This document shows, in pieces, positions 13,701-16,985 of a stretch of 16,985 bases of DNA (position 1 is its first letter; every line of letters starts with the position of its first letter). This stretch comes from Vulcanimicrobiota bacterium. GTDB taxonomy: Bacteria > Vulcanimicrobiota > Vulcanimicrobiia > Vulcanimicrobiales > Vulcanimicrobiaceae. The notes under the pieces were generated by a model. The model ran no database searches. It was not told the origin of the DNA and saw only the letters and a list, made by a program, of their open reading frames with translations. The stretch spans positions 223 to 17,207 of the forward strand of contig PKZK01000159.1 in assembly GCA_003133025.1 (NCBI GenBank), written 5' to 3'. A program made the position numbers and the translations under genes.

Positions 13701-15112
13701 GCGACGCCGCGACGCGACGCGCGGCGCTTGCGGGCGCGGTGTGCGCCTTCGCGCTCGCACTCGTGCTGCGCCCGATCGCAACGCCCGGTCCCGCCATGCG
13801 CGATTTCGAAGCGTACCATTCCGCGGGCGCGGCGCGCAACGCCGGCGACGATCCGTACTCGCGTCAACTCTGGCGCAGCGAGCGTCTGGTGCCCGGGGTC
13901 GACGCCGGGCGCGACGAACTCCTGCCCTTCGTCGGGCCGCCGTTCGGATTGCCGCTCTGGGCGGCGTTTGCGCGCCTGGACTATGCGCGCGCGGCGCTGC
14001 TCTGGTCGATCGTGCTGGCGCTGTCGTTCGCACTGCTGGCGGCGGGCTCGCTGCGCCTGGTCGCACCGGCCGCGTCGGTTTTCGAGTATGTCGCGGCGCT
14101 CGCCCTCGGCGCGGGCTTCGGCCCGCTGACCAGCGGCCTCGCGCTCGGACAGGTAGCGGTGCTCGCGTGCGCCGCGATGGTGGCCGCGCAGTTCGCGCTG
14201 CGTGGGCGAAACGTCTTCGCCGCTGCGGCGGGCGCGCTCGTCGCGGCGCTGCAGCCGAACCTCGGCATCGCCCTCGTCGCCCGTCTGCCCGAGCGGCGCG
14301 CCACGCTCGCCTTCGCGCTGGCGGGCGCCGTCGCGATCGGCTGTTCGGCGGCGGCGCTCGGCGCGCTCGACGGCCTGCGACAGTACCTGACGAACCTCGG
14401 CGAACACGCCTCGGCCGAATCGGGCATCGCGATTCAAACCACGCTCGGCGCCGTCGCGGGGGGACTCGGCGCGCCGGCGGAGAGCGCCCGTGCCGTCGGC
14501 TTCGCGGCGACGCTCTTGGTTGCGGCGGCGCTCGTCGCGCTCTTTGCCGGCAAGCGCTACGGCGGCATCGAGCGTTTCGCCGTCACCTCAGCCGCACTGC
14601 CGCTGGCGTTACCCTTCGCGCACGAGCACGACTTCACGATCGCGTTTTTTCCGGCCCTGCTCTGTGCCGTGCGTTGCACGGGCCGCACGTGGGTCGTCGC
14701 TTCGTGCGCAACCGTGTGCATTGCCGTCGATTGGCTCGGCCTGGCCCAGCGCCCGACGGGCTTGCTGCAGAGCGTCTGTTTGGCGGCGGTCGCGGCGCTT
14801 GCGCTGGCCGGGCTCGGCGCGCGCGACCTCGGCCGGCGCCGCTTCTGGCCGCTGGCCGTGGTGCCGCTCGTCGCGCTCGCCGGACTCGCCGCGGCAACGC
14901 ATCCGCTGCCCATCTGGCCCGACGCCTTGCCCGCAGACTTCCGCGTCGAACGAACGCTCGGCAACGCCGCGGTCTGGCGCAGCGAGCAACTCGCCACGGG
15001 CCTCGGCAAACGTGACGCGGTCTGGGCGGCGCTGCGCGCCTGCTCGCTGGCAGGTTGCCTGGCCCTGGCCGTCGCAGCGGCGCGCGGGCTGCGCGCGCCG
15101 GCTCGAGACTAA
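13697..15112 (+). CDS. GT87/DUF2029-like polytopic membrane glycosyltransferase (GT-C fold)
   Basis: TM1 followed by RDFEAYHSAG...GDDPY, PFVGPP, LALGQ, QPNLG and HEHDF, with many TM helices. Start uncertain: in-frame CTG 13697 overlaps the M50 stop (CTGA); the alternatives are GTG ~13739 or ATG ~13796. Confidence 0.75.
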   Translation: MSDAATRRAALAGAVCAFALALVLRPIATPGPAMRDFEAYHSAGAARNAGDDPYSRQLWRSERLVPGVDAGRDELLPFVGPPFGLPLWAAFARLDYARAALLWSIVLALSFALLAAGSLRLVAPAASVFEYVAALALGAGFGPLTSGLALGQVAVLACAAMVAAQFALRGRNVFAAAAGALVAALQPNLGIALVARLPERRATLAFALAGAVAIGCSAAALGALDGLRQYLTNLGEHASAESGIAIQTTLGAVAGGLGAPAESARAVGFAATLLVAAALVALFAGKRYGGIERFAVTSAALPLALPFAHEHDFTIAFFPALLCAVRCTGRTWVVASCATVCIAVDWLGLAQRPTGLLQSVCLAAVAALALAGLGARDLGRRRFWPLAVVPLVALAGLAAATHPLPIWPDALPADFRVERTLGNAAVWRSEQLATGLGKRDAVWAALRACSLAGCLALAVAAARGLRAPARD

Positions 15113-15639
15113 GGGCTTGCGGTGGTGGCGGCGCTCGGAACCGCCTTCCATTCCGCGTCGACGTCGGGCGGCAACTTGTCCATCTGCGCGACGAACATCG
15201 AGAGTTGCCAAATCTGATCGTCGGTGAGCGTTGCGGCGAAGGACGGCATCGCGGTGAAACGGATGCCGTGTTTGATCTTCCAGTAGGATACCGCGACCGG
15301 ATCGTCGGTCACGCCGTCCTTCGCCAGCTGGGGCGCCTCGATGCTGAAGCCCTGCGCGAGGTTTGACGGCTTGCCGTCTGCCGCGCCGTGGCAGACGGCG
15401 CAGTTGGCCGCGTAGAGTTTCACGCCGGCGCTCAAGTTGTCGTTGGTTGGTTGCAAGGGATCGTTCAAGTCCTTCGTATCGCGTGCGATCGTCGCGTGCA
15501 GCGAGGTCTTGGCCACCCACTTCTCCAGGAACGAAGGCTTAGAGTCGGCATTGGCCGGAATGCTGCCCGTCTTGACCGCCGCGAATACGGCGCCGCCCAG
15601 CAGCGCCAGCGCGAAGACGAAACCGTAGATGAAACGCAT
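15109..15639 (-). CDS. Membrane-anchored monoheme cytochrome c
   Basis: N-terminal TM or signal segment, heme motif CAVCH, and WKIKHGIRFTAMPSF containing a likely distal Met ligand. Confidence 0.92.
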   Translation of the reverse strand: MRFIYGFVFALALLGGAVFAAVKTGSIPANADSKPSFLEKWVAKTSLHATIARDTKDLNDPLQPTNDNLSAGVKLYAANCAVCHGAADGKPSNLAQGFSIEAPQLAKDGVTDDPVAVSYWKIKHGIRFTAMPSFAATLTDDQIWQLSMFVAQMDKLPPDVDAEWKAVPSAATTASP

Positions 15640-15656
15640 CGATCCTCTCGGACGGG

Positions 15657-16985
15657 TTAGATGTCGACGTTCAACATGTCGTCGAAGGGCGACACGGGGT
15701 TGGGGTGCCAGTTGCGCAGGTCGGAGTTATACGCGTAGAAAGCGTTCTGAGCGTCGAGCACGATGGTCGGGACGTCGTCGTACACCGCGTGCTGGAGCAA
15801 CGAGATGTCCGCTTTGCGGGCAGTTCGAGCGTAGCTTTCCTTGGCGCGGTCCATCGCGGCCGAAGCGGCCTTGTTGCACCAGCGCGGGTCGTTCTGTCCG
15901 TTGGGCGGGAAGCGATCGCACGAGTACAAGTTGGAGAGGTCTTCGTTGGGATCGGTTCCCCAGGCGAAGTTGACCACGTCGAACTTGCCGCCGTAGATGA
16001 TGCCGCCCTGTTCAATCGGCGCGAAGAACACGGAACCCAGATAGTGCTTTACCGTGATCTCCACGCCGAGCTGCTTCCACCAGCCGCGGATCAGTTCGAT
16101 CTGCGTGTCGGTATCCGGCGTGCCGGTCGCGGTCGCATACTCCAGGCTGAGCCGCACGCCGTCCTTCGCGCGCACGCCGTCGGCGCCGCGCTTCCAGCCG
16201 TCGGCGTCGAGCAGTTGGTTGCCCTTGGCGATATCGAACGGCACCAGCGGCAGGTTGAGGTGGTAGAGCGTGCTGGCCGGCGTCACCGGCGACTCGTCGA
16301 GCAAATAGAGCCCGAAGCGGATCTTGTCGAGCAGCGTCTTGCGGTCGACGCCGTAGCGCAGCGCGCGGCGCACGATCGGATCGCGCAGCGCCGGGTGCGA
16401 CGTGTTGAAATCCATATGGTCGAAGTAGAAGCTGGGCTGTGAGAAGATCGTAACGCCCTCGATCTTCCGCAGGTCGGGCACGAAGTGCGGCGCGACCGGC
16501 GTCCACAGGTCCAGTTCGTGCGTGCGCATCTGCTCGAGCACCGTATTGCGATCGGGAATGATCTTGAATTCGATCTTCTGCAGTTTCGGTTGCCCGCGCC
16601 AATACGTGGGGTTGGGCACCATCACGACCGAGTCTCCGCGCTTCCACTCCTGATATTTGAACGGACCCGTACCGATCGGCGCGGAGTTGTACGGAACGTC
16701 GTTGAGTTCTTTGGCACCCTTGAGGATGTGCACCGGCATGATCGCCGGGTTCGCGCTTCCCGTGGTGAAGAACGTCTGCAAATACGACGAGTAGGGCTTC
16801 GAGAGATGGTACACGACCGTGTACTTGTCGGGCTCGTCGATCTTCTTGATCAGTTCCCAGCCGTCGCGGCTGACCACGTTGTTGTTCGGATTGTTCACTT
16901 GATTGGTGGAGAACACCACGTCATCGGCATCGAACGGCGCGCCGTCCGACCACTTTACGCCCTTGCGCAGGTGCCAGGTGATCGT
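15657..16985 (-). CDS. Family 5 ABC substrate-binding protein (peptide/nickel class), 5' end outside the window
   Basis: The frame is open to the window edge (TITWHLRKGVKWSDGAPFDADDVVFS). Motifs PIGTGPFK, DPIVRRAL and GWKRGADGVRAKDG. Confidence 0.93.
   Translation of the reverse strand, partial: TITWHLRKGVKWSDGAPFDADDVVFSTNQVNNPNNNVVSRDGWELIKKIDEPDKYTVVYHLSKPYSSYLQTFFTTGSANPAIMPVHILKGAKELNDVPYNSAPIGTGPFKYQEWKRGDSVVMVPNPTYWRGQPKLQKIEFKIIPDRNTVLEQMRTHELDLWTPVAPHFVPDLRKIEGVTIFSQPSFYFDHMDFNTSHPALRDPIVRRALRYGVDRKTLLDKIRFGLYLLDESPVTPASTLYHLNLPLVPFDIAKGNQLLDADGWKRGADGVRAKDGVRLSLEYATATGTPDTDTQIELIRGWWKQLGVEITVKHYLGSVFFAPIEQGGIIYGGKFDVVNFAWGTDPNEDLSNLYSCDRFPPNGQNDPRWCNKAASAAMDRAKESYARTARKADISLLQHAVYDDVPTIVLDAQNAFYAYNSDLRNWHPNPVSPFDDMLNVDI

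Noticed and set aside
12792..14066. N-terminal 425 aa of the 690-aa minus-strand ORF
   Set aside because: Antisense shadow of the M50 and GT87 genes with Arg/Ala/Pro-rich low-information sequence. Only the amidase and His-rich parts look real.
15657..16985. Calling the family 5 binding protein NikA and part of the metal island
   Set aside because: The family covers peptides and many other ligands, no Ni-specific signature is readable, and unrelated genes separate it from the island.

Overview
High-GC bacterial window from a diderm, since it carries a TonB-dependent receptor. The protein style is reminiscent of Vulcanimicrobiota/Eremiobacterota, but that is an unverified impression. The flanks hold ordinary genes: a partial TPR protein, M55 D-aminopeptidase and prephenate dehydratase on the left; M50 site-2 protease, a GT87-like glycosyltransferase, cytochrome c and a partial family-5 ABC substrate-binding protein on the right. 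The core (about 2.0-12.8 kb) looks like a metal-handling island, probably Ni/Co. It encodes a secreted DUF4331 protein, an RcnA-type His-rich permease with a periplasmic His-1 domain, a HoxN/NiCoT permease, a stand-alone DUF4331 C-terminal fragment, a membrane-anchored TPR protein, a TonB-dependent receptor, a ribbon-helix-helix-like protein and a 45%-His protein that is also the in-frame tail of an amidase ORF. A type II NADH dehydrogenase lies in the middle of the island. The three + strand transcription units of the island share an ECF-sigma-like motif, ATCCAA-N14-CGT(T/C)A, at identical spacing. The predicted mature DUF4331 N-terminus is an ATCUN (Xaa-Xaa-His) site. Together these suggest a co-regulated system that imports metal and loads it onto an envelope DUF4331 metalloprotein. 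No RNA genes, CRISPR arrays or mobile elements were recognised. All family assignments come from motifs read by eye; no searches were run.
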